Source: Angustibacter luteus (GTDB lineage Bacteria; Actinomycetota; Actinomycetes; Actinomycetales; Angustibacteraceae). From it: a stretch of DNA of 64,000 nt. A program made the translations under genes and the position numbers. The stretch lies in contig NZ_BAABFP010000004.1 of the NCBI RefSeq assembly GCF_039541115.1, positions 496,001 through 560,000 on the forward strand. The letters run 5' to 3'. Within the stretch, counting starts at the first letter, position 1; each line of letters begins with the position of its first letter. Shown here one piece after another: positions 1 to 9,711 of this stretch. The notes under the pieces are model-generated. The model saw only the letters and a list, made by a program, of their open reading frames with translations. It was not told where the DNA came from and searched no databases.

Positions 1-454
1 TGGCGATGAAGACGTAGACGTACCAGGCCATGTCGATGCCGAGGTGGTCGCTGGCGAAGCCCGCTGCCGCGGCGCCGAACAGGCCGTAGAGACCGATCGA
101 CATGCAGTTGTAGCCGAGCACCGCGATGATCGCGGACGCGCCGCCCGTCGGCTGCTTGAGGCCGCGGGTGATGTAGCTGTAGAACGCGCCGGTGCTGGTG
201 TGGTGACGAGCCATCGTGGTGTAGCCGACGGAGAAGATCAGGAGCAGGACGCTGACCACGACGTAGGCCGCGGGGATGCCGGCGCCGTTGCCGTAGAGCA
301 TCGCGACGGGCGCCCCGCCGGCCATGGCGGTGAGCGGGGCGGCGGCGGAGACGACGAAGAACGCGATGCCCAGGACGCCGAGCGTCCCTCGTCGCAGCTT
401 CTGCGAGTCCCTCTTCTCGATCTCACCCTGGGCCGAACTGGACTGGTGACTCAT
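1..454 (-). CDS. APC-family amino acid/polyamine permease (5' part; runs off window start)
   Basis: Manual translation from ATG 454 with AAGGAG RBS: MSHQSSSAQGEIEKRDSQKLRRGTLGVLGIAFFVVSAAAPLTAMAGG...TGAFYSYITRGL, a typical APC TM1-TM3; not in the ORF track. Confidence 0.85.
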   Translation of the reverse strand, partial: MSHQSSSAQGEIEKRDSQKLRRGTLGVLGIAFFVVSAAAPLTAMAGGAPVAMLYGNGAGIPAAYVVVSVLLLIFSVGYTTMARHHTSTGAFYSYITRGLKQPTGGASAIIAVLGYNCMSIGLYGLFGAAAAGFASDHLGIDMAWYVYVFIA

Positions 455-613
455 GTGGGCTCCTTGGAGGCTCCGCCAGAGGGTCCGGCGGCCGACACTG
501 CTGGATCTTTCACGACGACGACTGTATATTTCGCGAAACGCAGCGATCGGTCAAGAGGTTCGGCCCAAGTGGTTCTTGCGGCGGCCCCGATCGACCACAG
601 ACGAGGAGCGGGC

Positions 614-1222
614 ATGATCGACGAGGACGTCCTGCCGGGCAGGAAGCTTGCAGTGAGCCACTTCGGGCTGAGTTGTCTGGACTTCCCCCTGATGCTCGAC
701 TTCTACACCCGGGTGCTCGGACTGACCCAGAGCGACGGTGGCGAGATCGAGTCCGGCGGGGGCACCGACCTGGCGTTCCTCACGACGGACCCGCGCGAGC
801 ACCACCAGCTCGTGCTGGCGTCCGGCCGCCGCGACCAGGTGGTCGAGACCAGCTCGGTGGTCGGCGGCAGCATCGGGTCGAACGTCTTCCAGGTGTCGTT
901 CCGGGTCCGCGACCTCGACACGCTGCGCGGCATCACCCGCCGCCTCGCCGAGGCGGGTCGTACCGACCAGAACGCGATCAGCCACGGCAACGCGTGGTCG
1001 CTGTACGTGCGTGACCCCGAGGGCAACGCGCTCGAGTTCTTCGTCGACGCGCCGTGGTACGTCGCCCAGCCCTGCGCTGAGCCGCTGGACCTGTCCAAGT
1101 CGGACGAGGACATCCTCGCCGAGACCTCCGCCTACTGCCTGGCCCAGCCCGAGGTGCTGCCCTACGAGGAGTGGGTGCGCCAGACCGGCGAGAAGATCGT
1201 CGCCGACCAGGCGAAGCTGTAA
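614..1222 (+). CDS. VOC/glyoxalase-fold metalloenzyme (extradiol dioxygenase-like)
   Basis: SHFGL...DFYTRVLGL, HHQLVL, HGNAWSLYVRDPEGNALEFF; GAGGAG RBS before ATG 614. Confidence 0.8.
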   Translation: MIDEDVLPGRKLAVSHFGLSCLDFPLMLDFYTRVLGLTQSDGGEIESGGGTDLAFLTTDPREHHQLVLASGRRDQVVETSSVVGGSIGSNVFQVSFRVRDLDTLRGITRRLAEAGRTDQNAISHGNAWSLYVRDPEGNALEFFVDAPWYVAQPCAEPLDLSKSDEDILAETSAYCLAQPEVLPYEEWVRQTGEKIVADQAKL

Positions 1223-1226
1223 CCGG

Positions 1227-1997
1227 GTGTCAGCGCAGGCGCGAGACGTCCGACCGGGTGCCCTGGCGCGCCGGCTCGGTGAGGAGCCGCCGCTCATCGG
1301 GACGTTCTCCATCCTGGACGACTCGGTCGCGGCGCAGTCGTTGGCCCGCAGCGGTTTCGACTTCGTGCTCGTCGACCTCCAGCACGGCCTGTCCGACCTG
1401 AGCCGGATGGTCCCGCTGCTGCAGGGCATCGAGGCTGGCGGAGCGATCCCGCTGGTGCGCGTGCCGTCGCTGTCGCCGACCGAGATCGGCACGGCGCTGG
1501 ATCGCGGCGCGCACGGGGTCGTCGTCCCCATGATCGAGTCGTCGGCCCAGGCGGCGGCCAGTGTCGCCGCGTGCCGGTACCCACCCGCGGGCGAGCGCAG
1601 CTACGGCCCGTACCTGGTGCGCACCGACGGCTTCTCGGACGCCGCCCCGCCGCCGTGCTTCGTGATGGTCGAGTCGGCCGCGGCGCTGGCCGCGATCGAC
1701 GAGATCGTCGCGGTGCCAGGGCTGTTCGGCGTCTACGTGGGCCCCTCCGACCTGGCGATCAGCCTCGGTCTGGGCGCCGACTACGACGTCGCCGATCCTC
1801 GGCACGACGACGCGGTCGCCGCGATCGGGACGGCGTGCCGGAGCGCCGGGGTGGTCAGTGCCATCCACACGTCGAGCGCGGCGGAGGCGCAGCACCGGAT
1901 CGCGCAGGGGTTCACGATGGTCAGCGTTCGCAGCGACCTGGCCCTGCTCGGTTCCGCGGGCACGGTCCTCCTCGCCAGCACTACGCTGCATCCGTGA
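1227..1997 (+). CDS. HpcH/HpaI-family aldolase
   Basis: GFDFVLVDLQHG, LVRVP, LDRGAHGVVVPMIES, RYPPAGERSYG, VMVES, VYVGPSDL. Confidence 0.85.
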   Translation: MSAQARDVRPGALARRLGEEPPLIGTFSILDDSVAAQSLARSGFDFVLVDLQHGLSDLSRMVPLLQGIEAGGAIPLVRVPSLSPTEIGTALDRGAHGVVVPMIESSAQAAASVAACRYPPAGERSYGPYLVRTDGFSDAAPPPCFVMVESAAALAAIDEIVAVPGLFGVYVGPSDLAISLGLGADYDVADPRHDDAVAAIGTACRSAGVVSAIHTSSAAEAQHRIAQGFTMVSVRSDLALLGSAGTVLLASTTLHP

Positions 1998-2569
1998 CGG
2001 ACCTCGGGGCGACGCTGGCGGCGAACGTGCGAGCGCTGCGGGAGTCCGCAGGCATCTCGCTGAGCCAGCTCGCCGAGCGCTCGGGGGTCGCCAAGGCGAC
2101 GTTGTTCAAGGTCGAGCGCCAGCACACCAACCCGACCCTGGACACGATGGTCGCGATCGCGGACGCCCTGGGGGTCACCACGACCGCCCTGCTCGAGCAG
2201 CCGGCGGACAACGAGCTCGAGATCGTCCGGGCCGGTGAGGGCGTCGACATCTCCGACTTCGCGTCGAAGGGCCAGATCCTGAAGTCGATGGTCGTCGGCT
2301 CGGTGCTCGTGGAGATCCATCACCAGGTGTTCAGCCCGGGCATGGCCGAGACGTCCGCCTCGCACGGACCGCTGGCCCGCGAGCACGTCTTCGTCCGGTC
2401 GGGCTCCATCGAGGTCGGCCCCATCGGCTCGGCCGGGGTGCTGAAGCCGGGCGACTACGCGACCTATCCGGCCGACCGCACCCACCGGTGGACCGTCGTG
2501 GGGCAGCGCAAGGCGGAGGTCTGGATCGTGCACACGTTCGCCCGGGGGCAGCGCGACGTCCCGCAGTGA
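1994..2569 (+). CDS. XRE-family HTH regulator with C-terminal cupin (PuuR-like)
   Basis: NVRALRESAGISLSQLAERSGVAKATLFKVE...NPTLDT; cupin H-G..EHVFV; GTGA overlap with the aldolase stop. Confidence 0.85.
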   Translation: MTDLGATLAANVRALRESAGISLSQLAERSGVAKATLFKVERQHTNPTLDTMVAIADALGVTTTALLEQPADNELEIVRAGEGVDISDFASKGQILKSMVVGSVLVEIHHQVFSPGMAETSASHGPLAREHVFVRSGSIEVGPIGSAGVLKPGDYATYPADRTHRWTVVGQRKAEVWIVHTFARGQRDVPQ

Positions 2570-2601
2570 CCTCCCGAGGGCATTGCGCTACCATCCAAAA
2601 T

Positions 2602-2617
2602 CATTCGGGACCGAATG
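2602..2617. promoter_or_regulatory. Palindromic operator candidate upstream of the aldehyde dehydrogenase
   Basis: CATTCGG-GA-CCGAATG in an AT-enriched intergenic stretch. Confidence 0.45.
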
Positions 2618-2651
2618 GATTTGTCGCGTCCCCCAGCGTGAGGAGCAGGAC

Positions 2652-4163
2652 ATGCCTGGCGTCCAGACCGACGTGGTCGCGACCACCGACTGGCCCGAGC
2701 GCGCGGCGTCCCTCGAGTTTCCCGCCGGCCTCTTCGTGGGCGGCGAGGTGCGGACCGCGGTGGACGGCCGGGTTCGCACGATCACGTCGGCCCGCGACGG
2801 CCGACCGCTCGGCGACCTCGCCTGGGCGGCCGCGGCGGACGCCGACGCGGCGGTCGCGGCCGCTCGCGCCGCGTTCGACCACGGACCGTGGCCGCGGATG
2901 CACCCCCGCGACCGCGGGCTGGTCCTGAACCGCTGGGCGGACCTGGTGGAGGAGCACCGCGCAGACATCGCCCTGCTGGTCACGCTCGAGATGGGCAAGC
3001 CGATCCGGCACTCGCACGACATCGAGCTGCGGGCGCTCATCTCCTGCCTGCGCTACTACGGCGGCCTGGCGGACAAGGGCTCCGGCGAGGTCACCCCCAC
3101 CACCGCGGGCGAGCTGGCGCTGGTCACCCGCGAGCCGGCCGGCGTGGTCGCCGCGGTCGTCCCGTGGAACTTCCCGCTGACCCTCGGCGGCTGGAAGCTC
3201 GCGCCGGCCCTGGCCGCCGGCTGCACCGTGGTGCTCAAGACGGCCGAGCAGTCGCCGCTGTCGATGCAGCGCGTCGCCGAGCTCGGGGCGCAGGCCGGAC
3301 TCCCCGCCGGCGCGTTCAACGTGGTCAGTGGCGACGGTGCGGTCGTCGGACGGCGCCTGGGCGAGCACCCGGACGTCGACGTGCTGACCTTCACCGGCTC
3401 GACCGCCGTCGGCCGGCACTTCCTGCGCTACGCGGCGGACAGCAACCTCAAGCGCGTGCACCTCGAGCTGGGCGGCAAGTCACCCAACATCATCCTGCCG
3501 GACGCGCCCGACCTGGACGCGGCGGCCGACACCGCCGCCTGGGCGATCTTCTTCAACAGCGGCGAGATGTGCACGGCCGGCTCGCGCCTCGTCGTGCACG
3601 CCGACGTCGCCGACCAGGTCGTCGAGCGCATCGTGCAGACGGCGAAGGGCTGGTCCCCGGCGGACCCGCTGCTGGCCGACACCCGGATGGGACCGCTGGT
3701 CGACCACCCCAGCCTCGAACGGGTGCTGGGCCACCTCGAACGAGGGGTGGCGCAGGGCGCGCAGGTCCGCTCCGGCGGCCGGCAGGCGCTCGCGGACTCC
3801 GGCGGCGCCTACCTGGAGCCGACCGTCGTCACCGGTGCCGGGCCGGAGAACACCCTGGTCCGGGACGAGGTCTTCGGCCCCGTGCTCGCCGTGCAGGTCG
3901 TGCGGGACGAGGCCGAGGCCGTGCAGGTGGCGGGCGACACCGCCTACGGGCTGGCGGCGGCCGTCTGGACGGCGGATCTCGGTGCGGCGCACCGGATCTC
4001 GCGCGCCCTGCGGGCCGGCACGGTCTGGGTGAACTGCTACGAGGAGGGGGACATGTCCGTCCCCTTCGGCGGCGTCAAGCTGTCCGGCTCCGGCCGGGAC
4101 AAGTCCCGCCACGCGATGGACGAGTACACCGACCTGAAGACGACGTGGATCCGCTATGACTGA
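2652..4163 (+). CDS. Aldehyde dehydrogenase (gamma-glutamyl-aminoaldehyde dehydrogenase, PuuC-like)
   Basis: VPWNFP, FTGST, LELGGKSP, FNSGEMCTAGSR (catalytic Cys), EVFGPV, PFGGVKLSG. Confidence 0.9.
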   Translation: MPGVQTDVVATTDWPERAASLEFPAGLFVGGEVRTAVDGRVRTITSARDGRPLGDLAWAAAADADAAVAAARAAFDHGPWPRMHPRDRGLVLNRWADLVEEHRADIALLVTLEMGKPIRHSHDIELRALISCLRYYGGLADKGSGEVTPTTAGELALVTREPAGVVAAVVPWNFPLTLGGWKLAPALAAGCTVVLKTAEQSPLSMQRVAELGAQAGLPAGAFNVVSGDGAVVGRRLGEHPDVDVLTFTGSTAVGRHFLRYAADSNLKRVHLELGGKSPNIILPDAPDLDAAADTAAWAIFFNSGEMCTAGSRLVVHADVADQVVERIVQTAKGWSPADPLLADTRMGPLVDHPSLERVLGHLERGVAQGAQVRSGGRQALADSGGAYLEPTVVTGAGPENTLVRDEVFGPVLAVQVVRDEAEAVQVAGDTAYGLAAAVWTADLGAAHRISRALRAGTVWVNCYEEGDMSVPFGGVKLSGSGRDKSRHAMDEYTDLKTTWIRYD

Positions 4164-4917
4164 GCGGACCGGCGGCCGGCCCCTGGTCGTCATCCCGGCC
4201 CGCTACTCCCAGAGCGCCTCTGCGCTGCGCTACCGGGCGGAGGTGGTCGCCCGGACGTTGGCCGAGGCCGTGTTCGAGGCCGGCGGCGAGCCGTTGGTCA
4301 CCCACCCGCACGCCCCCGGTGCCACGGTCGACGTGGACGCGGCCCGCGAGCGGCTGCGCTTCGCCGACGCGCTGCTGCTCCCCGGTGGCGGCGACGTCTC
4401 GGCGCGCTGGACCGCCACCGACGATCACCCGAGCCTGTACGACGTCGACGAGGGGCAGGACGCCTGGGACATCGCCCTGGCCCAGGCCGCCATGGCCGAT
4501 GGGCTGCCGCTGCTGTCGATCTGCCGCGGGACGCAGATCGTCAACGTGGCCCTCGGGGGGACGCTCGTCGCCGACATGGCCGAGACCGTCGGCGACCACC
4601 GGCACCGCACCCACCAGATCAAGGTCGCGGTGGACTCGCCGCTGGCCGCCGTCGTCGGCGAGCAGCCGACGATCTCGTGCTACCACCACCAGTGCCTGGA
4701 CCAGCTGGCACCGGGGCTGCGCGCCGTGGCCTGGGCCGGCGACGGGGTCATCGAGGCGGTCGCGTCCGACGTCCTGACCGGCTGGTACGTCGGGGTGCAG
4801 TGGCATCCGGAGGACTCTGCCGCAACGGATCCGGCCCAGGCGGCGATCTTCGCCGGACTCGTCCGCGCCGCGGCCGGCCGGCGGGACGCCGCGCCCCACG
4901 GCAGGGGTGAGCGATGA
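4156..4917 (+). CDS. Gamma-glutamyl-gamma-aminobutyrate hydrolase family (peptidase C26, PuuD-like)
   Basis: LLLPGGGDV, LSICRGTQ nucleophile, HHQ, VQWHPE. Confidence 0.85.
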   Translation: MTERTGGRPLVVIPARYSQSASALRYRAEVVARTLAEAVFEAGGEPLVTHPHAPGATVDVDAARERLRFADALLLPGGGDVSARWTATDDHPSLYDVDEGQDAWDIALAQAAMADGLPLLSICRGTQIVNVALGGTLVADMAETVGDHRHRTHQIKVAVDSPLAAVVGEQPTISCYHHQCLDQLAPGLRAVAWAGDGVIEAVASDVLTGWYVGVQWHPEDSAATDPAQAAIFAGLVRAAAGRRDAAPHGRGER

Positions 4918-5618
4918 AGGTCCTGTTCATCAAGCACGACCACCTCTCACCCGAGGGTGAGGTCGGCGCCCGGTTCGCCGAGCGCGGGTACACCGTGGTG
5001 GACCACCTCGTGGTCCCGCCCGAGCACTTCGACACCCCGGACGTCGAGCCGCACTTCCCGGACCCGGCGGACTTCGACGTGATCGTGCCGCTCGGCGCCC
5101 CCTGGGCCGCGTACGACGACGCGCTCGTCGGCCGCTGGGTGCAGCCCGAGCTCGAGCTGCTCCGCTCGGCCCACGAGATCGGCGTCCCGGTCCTCGGAAT
5201 CTGCTTCGGCGGGCAGCTGCTGGCGCTCGCCCACGGGGGAACCGTGGCCCGTGCGCCCGGGCCCGAGATCGGCTGGCACGACGTGCAGTCGGACGACGAG
5301 CAGGTCGTGCCGTCGGGGCCGTGGTTCCAGTGGCACTTCGACCGCTGGCGGCTCCCGGCGCAGGCGACGGAGGTCGCCCGCAACCCGGCGGCGTCCCAGG
5401 CCTTCGTGCTCGGCCGCAACCTCGCCGTGCAGTTCCACCCCGAGCTCGACTCCCGCACGCTCGGTGGCTGGCTGGGAAACGGCGGCGAGCGCCAGCTCGT
5501 CGAGCACGGGATCGACGCGGAAGCGTTGCTGCACACCACGCGTGGCCACGACGAGCGCAGCCGGCGCCGCGCGCACCAGGTCGTGGACGGCTTCCTGGAC
5601 CAGGTGGCCACCCGCTGA
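4914..5618 (+). CDS. Class I glutamine amidotransferase-like hydrolase
   Basis: VLGICFGGQLL, EIGW, FQWH, QFHPE; ATGA overlap with the upstream gene. Confidence 0.85.
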   Translation: MKVLFIKHDHLSPEGEVGARFAERGYTVVDHLVVPPEHFDTPDVEPHFPDPADFDVIVPLGAPWAAYDDALVGRWVQPELELLRSAHEIGVPVLGICFGGQLLALAHGGTVARAPGPEIGWHDVQSDDEQVVPSGPWFQWHFDRWRLPAQATEVARNPAASQAFVLGRNLAVQFHPELDSRTLGGWLGNGGERQLVEHGIDAEALLHTTRGHDERSRRRAHQVVDGFLDQVATR

Positions 5619-5631
5619 CGGCCGGGCGCCG

Positions 5632-5660
5632 TTGACCGTCCCGCTCGGGCTATGTACTCT
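5632..5660 (+). promoter_or_regulatory. Housekeeping-sigma-type promoter for the GS-like gene
   Basis: TTGACC-17 nt-TACTCT. Confidence 0.55.
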
Positions 5661-5742
5661 TAGATGAACCGCTCGGTGTCGTAAAGTGACCCGAGCGTCA
5701 GTCGACGAGATGCGTCGCGCGCGTTCCGGCCCGGGGTGATGG

Positions 5743-7035
5743 ATGAAGGACGACGACGGCGCGAAGGCGAGCGTGCGCCTGCTCTTCTCCGACCTGCTCG
5801 GGCTGGCCCACGGCCGGCTGCTCCCGCTCGACAAGGCCCAGGACGCGGTGCACCTGTGCATGACCTTGATGGCGCAGGCCTTCGACGGGCGCGACGACCT
5901 CGTGCCCGGCTACGGACTCGAGGTGGGTAGTCCGGATATGGAGGCGCGGCTCGACCAGAGCAGTGCCCTCGCCGGCTGGGACCCCACCTCGAGCGTCGCG
6001 ATGGCCTCCCTCTGGCGGATGGACGGCGACAGGGACGCCTTCGAGCTGGATCCGCGCGGCGCGGCCCAACGGGCCGTCGCCGGCTGGCAGCAGCTGGGCT
6101 ACGCGCCGGTGACCGGCTTCGAGATGGAGTTCTACCTGCTGCGGTCCCGCCCCAAGCGGCGGGTCAAGGCGGTCGACGTCCCCGCGCACCGTCCCTACGG
6201 GACCGGCCTCGGCGGCGACCCGACCGGCCTGGCCGAGCGGATCTTCGACCGGGCCCGGGCGGCCGGCCTGGACGTCGCCCACCTCAGCACGGAGTTCCAC
6301 CCGGGCCAGGTCGAGGTGGTGCTGCAGCACACCGAGGCGATCCGGTCCGCCGACTCGGCGTTCCTGTTCCGCGAGCTCGCCCGCGAGGTCGCCTCCGCCG
6401 AGGGTGCCTGGTGCACGTTCCTGGGCAAGCCGATGACGCAGCGGGCGGGCAGCGGTCAGCACCTGAACCTCAGCGCCCTGGACGCGAACGGTCGCAACGC
6501 CTTTGCCGACCCGGACGGCCTGCACGGACTGTCGGACGTCGCCCGGCACGCCATCGCCGGCGTCATCGCGCACTACCCGGCCCTGTGCGCCATCGCGGCG
6601 CCCACGGTCAACGCGTACAAGCGGCTGCGCCCCGAGGCGATCGGCTACGTGGCCGACTGGGGGCTGGACAACCGTGCCGCGGCGGTGCGGGTCCCGGCCG
6701 AGCGCGGCCCGGCGACCCGCCTGGAGTACCGGGTCGCGGACGGCGCGGCCAGCCCGCACCTGATGACCGCGGCCCTCCTGTTCGCCGCCCTGCTCGGTGT
6801 GCAGCACGAGCTGGAGCTGCCGCCGGCCCGCCTGGGGCTGGCCCCCGGATCCGCCATCACCGCCCCGCAGAACCTCGACGAGGCGCTGGACGAGCTGGAG
6901 AAGGACGACGAGCTGACCGCCCTGCTCGGACCCGACCTGGTGCGGACCTTCGTCGGCCTCAAGCGCTGGGAGTGGACCCGCTGGTCCGAGGCGGTCACCG
7001 ACTGGGAGATCCAGGCCTACGGCCGCCACTTCTGA
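5743..7035 (+). CDS. Glutamine synthetase-like gamma-glutamylamide ligase (PuuA/GlnA3-4-like)
   Basis: GFEMEFYLL, EFHPGQVEV, GSGQHLNLS, NAYKRL, WGLDNR, RLEYRVADGAASPHL. Confidence 0.85.
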   Translation: MKDDDGAKASVRLLFSDLLGLAHGRLLPLDKAQDAVHLCMTLMAQAFDGRDDLVPGYGLEVGSPDMEARLDQSSALAGWDPTSSVAMASLWRMDGDRDAFELDPRGAAQRAVAGWQQLGYAPVTGFEMEFYLLRSRPKRRVKAVDVPAHRPYGTGLGGDPTGLAERIFDRARAAGLDVAHLSTEFHPGQVEVVLQHTEAIRSADSAFLFRELAREVASAEGAWCTFLGKPMTQRAGSGQHLNLSALDANGRNAFADPDGLHGLSDVARHAIAGVIAHYPALCAIAAPTVNAYKRLRPEAIGYVADWGLDNRAAAVRVPAERGPATRLEYRVADGAASPHLMTAALLFAALLGVQHELELPPARLGLAPGSAITAPQNLDEALDELEKDDELTALLGPDLVRTFVGLKRWEWTRWSEAVTDWEIQAYGRHF

Positions 7036-7100
7036 CCTCGCGCTCCTGCTGGCCTGAGCTCCGCACCACCACCCCGATCGACACCAAGGAGAGACACCCC

Positions 7101-7952
7101 ATGCGACTCGCGAACGTTTCCGGCCGGGCGGCCGTTCTGGTGGGGGACAAGGTCCTCGACATCGAGACGGCCTCCGCCGGTGCGCTGTCGAGCGACCTCG
7201 TGGTGCTGTGCGACCTGGCCGTGCGCCCCGAGCTGCAGGCCCTGGTCGACGCCGCTGACCCCTCGGCCCTGCCGACGCTCGACCCGGCCACCCTCGGCGC
7301 ACCCGTGACCCGGCCGTCGAAGGTCGTCGCGTTGGCGATCAACTACGCCAAGCACGCCCAGGAGTCGAACCGCGACCTGCCGTCCGAGCCGCACGTGATG
7401 GTGAAGTTCCCCAGCTCGATCGTCGGACCGTACGACGAGATCGTGGTGCCGGCGGGTCGCGACCAGGTCGACTACGAGACGGAGATCGTGATCGCGATCG
7501 GTCGCCGGTTCACCGCGATCAGCGAGGAAGACGCCTGGGACGTCGTGGCCGGGGTCACCGGCGGGCAGGACGTCTCCGACCGCGGTGAGCAGTTCCGGCC
7601 GCCGGTCAAGCAGTTCTCGATGGCCAAGTCCTACGACACCTTCTCGCCGATCGGTCCGGTCCTGGTCACCACCGACGAGCTCACCGACCGCGACGACCTC
7701 GAGCTGACGGGGTGGTTGAACGGGGAGCAGATGCAGTCCGCGCGCACCAGCGACTTCATCTTCTCCATCCCCCGCATGCTGGCCTGGCTCTCGCGGTTCG
7801 TGACGTTCGAGGTCGGTGACCTGATCTACACGGGCACCCCTGGCGGCGTCGGCGAGGCCCAGCAGCCTCCGCGCTACCTACGGGCCGGGGACGTGGTGGA
7901 GACCGAGATCAGCCAGGTCGGCCGGATGCGCAACCCGGTCGTCGAGCGCTGA
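7101..7952 (+). CDS. Fumarylacetoacetate hydrolase family protein
   Basis: KVVALAINYAKH, VDYETE, QDVSDR, KSYDTFSPIGP, GDLIYTGTPGGVG; AAGGAG RBS. Confidence 0.9.
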   Translation: MRLANVSGRAAVLVGDKVLDIETASAGALSSDLVVLCDLAVRPELQALVDAADPSALPTLDPATLGAPVTRPSKVVALAINYAKHAQESNRDLPSEPHVMVKFPSSIVGPYDEIVVPAGRDQVDYETEIVIAIGRRFTAISEEDAWDVVAGVTGGQDVSDRGEQFRPPVKQFSMAKSYDTFSPIGPVLVTTDELTDRDDLELTGWLNGEQMQSARTSDFIFSIPRMLAWLSRFVTFEVGDLIYTGTPGGVGEAQQPPRYLRAGDVVETEISQVGRMRNPVVER

Positions 7953-7976
7953 GCGCGGTCAGGGAGAGGAGACCCC

Positions 7977-8345
7977 ATGCGCATCGTGACCTCGGTCCAG
8001 CCGACCAGCGTCTACGGCGGGAACTTCACCGGCGACGTCCGGCTCAGCATGCTCAGTGCGGCCGCGGAGGCGGACCGGCCCGACGTCGCCATGGTCAGCT
8101 TCGACCAGGGCGCCGTGACCTGCTGGCACGAGCACCCGGGCGGACAGCTGATCTGGGTCGTCAGCGGGCTCGCCGTCGTCGGCACCGATGAGCACAGCGA
8201 GGTCCTGCAGCCGGGCAGCCTCGTCGAGGCGCCGGCGGGCGAGCGGCACTGGCACGGTGCGGCAGCCGGCGAGGACGCCGTCCTCCTGTGCTTCACCTGG
8301 GGCACGACCTCCTGGACCGACGCCGTGCCCGAGCGCTCGATCTAG
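7977..8345 (+). CDS. Cupin domain protein
   Basis: TCWHEHPGGQ...GERHWHGA cupin motifs. Confidence 0.85.
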   Translation: MRIVTSVQPTSVYGGNFTGDVRLSMLSAAAEADRPDVAMVSFDQGAVTCWHEHPGGQLIWVVSGLAVVGTDEHSEVLQPGSLVEAPAGERHWHGAAAGEDAVLLCFTWGTTSWTDAVPERSI

Positions 8346-8408
8346 CCGCAGCCCGGCCGCTCAGCCAGCTGCGGAGCGCACGGGCTGCGTCACGACGATG
8401 ATGGGGCG

Positions 8409-8783
8409 ATGAACGAATCGACCAGTGCAGCACTGCGGACCGCGCTCGCGTACTACGAGGCCTGGACCGGCCACGACTTCGACCGGGCCATGACCTTCAT
8501 CGCCGACGACATCGTCTGCGACGCGCCAGCCGGTCAGATCGTTGGCGCAGAGGCGTTCCGGGCCTTCATGGGCCCGTTCTCGCAGCTGGTGACGGCGTCC
8601 TCGATCATCGCGGCGCTCGGGGACGACGAGACTGCCCTGCTCATGTACGACACCGCCACGAGACCGGTGCCGAACGCCCCCGGCGCCGAGCACCTCACGG
8701 TGGTGGACGGCGCGATCACGCACATCACCATCATCTTTGACCGGCAGCCGTTCACCGAGGCGCGGCAGCGCGCAGGGTCCTGA
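8409..8783 (+). CDS. SnoaL/NTF2-like protein
   Basis: AYYEAWTGHDFD...ADDIVCDAP...VVDGAITHITIIFD. Confidence 0.75.
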   Translation: MNESTSAALRTALAYYEAWTGHDFDRAMTFIADDIVCDAPAGQIVGAEAFRAFMGPFSQLVTASSIIAALGDDETALLMYDTATRPVPNAPGAEHLTVVDGAITHITIIFDRQPFTEARQRAGS

Positions 8784-9699
8784 GGATCTCGTCCCAGCGC
8801 GTGACCAGCGTGGCCAGGTGCGTCGTCCGCGCGTGGACGACGAGCGTCGATCCCGCGATGTGCTCGGCCAGCCAACGGCCGTTGCGCGGCGGCGCATTGT
8901 CGTCGAGGTCGCCGTACCAGAGCCACGTCGGGCACTGCACCAGCTCGGGCCGGAGCTCCCACGCGCGGAACGCGATCGCGCCGTCGTGCAGGTAGCCCGC
9001 GGTCTGGGCCAGCGCCTCGCGGGCCGACGCGGCGACCTCCGCGGCCGGGCGGGCGGCGACCAGGACGGCGTCCGCCGGTGGCAGGGGTGCCGTCCACCTG
9101 GCGGCCAGCGCAGCATCGTCCGGGTCGCGCGGGTCGACCGTCGCGACGTACGCCTCGAACTCCGGGCGCATCAGCTCGATCGCGTCGTCCACCGGCACCT
9201 GCGCCAGCCGGCGGACGAACGCCTGCTGCTCCGGCGCCAGGTCGTCCCGGTGCCAGGGCGGATCGAGCTCCGGGACGACGGCTGGCGTGGCGATCGCGCC
9301 GGCCGCGAGCACCCGCTCGGGATGGCGAGCCGCGCACGCCAACGCGTACTGTCCGCCGATCGACATGCCCAGGACGGCGAAGCCTGCGATCCCGAGCAGG
9401 TCGGCCACGGCGACCGTGTCGTCTGCGACCGACGCGTGCCCGGACGGGTGGCCGGGCGCGGTCGCCGTCGAGAGCCCGTAGCCGGGACGGTTCACGGCGA
9501 CGAGCCGGACGCCGGCCCGTTGCGCCGCTTCGGCGCCGGACCAGGCCGCGCGACGGGTGTCCGGGCAGCCGTGGAAGAACAGCACCGGCAGGCCGTCCGG
9601 GTCGCCGCCCTGCCAGAGCTGCGCCGTCCGGCCGTCGGGGAGCAGCACCGTCTCGCCGTCCGGTGCACTGGCCACCTGACCGTCCACCTGACTGTCCAC
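8752..9699 (-). CDS. Alpha/beta-fold hydrolase
   Basis: FFHGCP, NRPGYGLS, GMSIGG nucleophile elbow, WYGDLD, C-terminal His; start uncertain. Confidence 0.85.
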   Translation of the reverse strand: MDSQVDGQVASAPDGETVLLPDGRTAQLWQGGDPDGLPVLFFHGCPDTRRAAWSGAEAAQRAGVRLVAVNRPGYGLSTATAPGHPSGHASVADDTVAVADLLGIAGFAVLGMSIGGQYALACAARHPERVLAAGAIATPAVVPELDPPWHRDDLAPEQQAFVRRLAQVPVDDAIELMRPEFEAYVATVDPRDPDDAALAARWTAPLPPADAVLVAARPAAEVAASAREALAQTAGYLHDGAIAFRAWELRPELVQCPTWLWYGDLDDNAPPRNGRWLAEHIAGSTLVVHARTTHLATLVTRWDEILRTLRAAAPR

Positions 9700-9711
9700 C
9701 GCGGCATCCTC

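Noticed and set aside
5743..7035. Housekeeping glutamine synthetase glnA
   Set aside because: Divergent N-terminus and a catabolic context with hydrolases and an aldehyde dehydrogenase point to a gamma-glutamylamide ligase, so no gene symbol was assigned.
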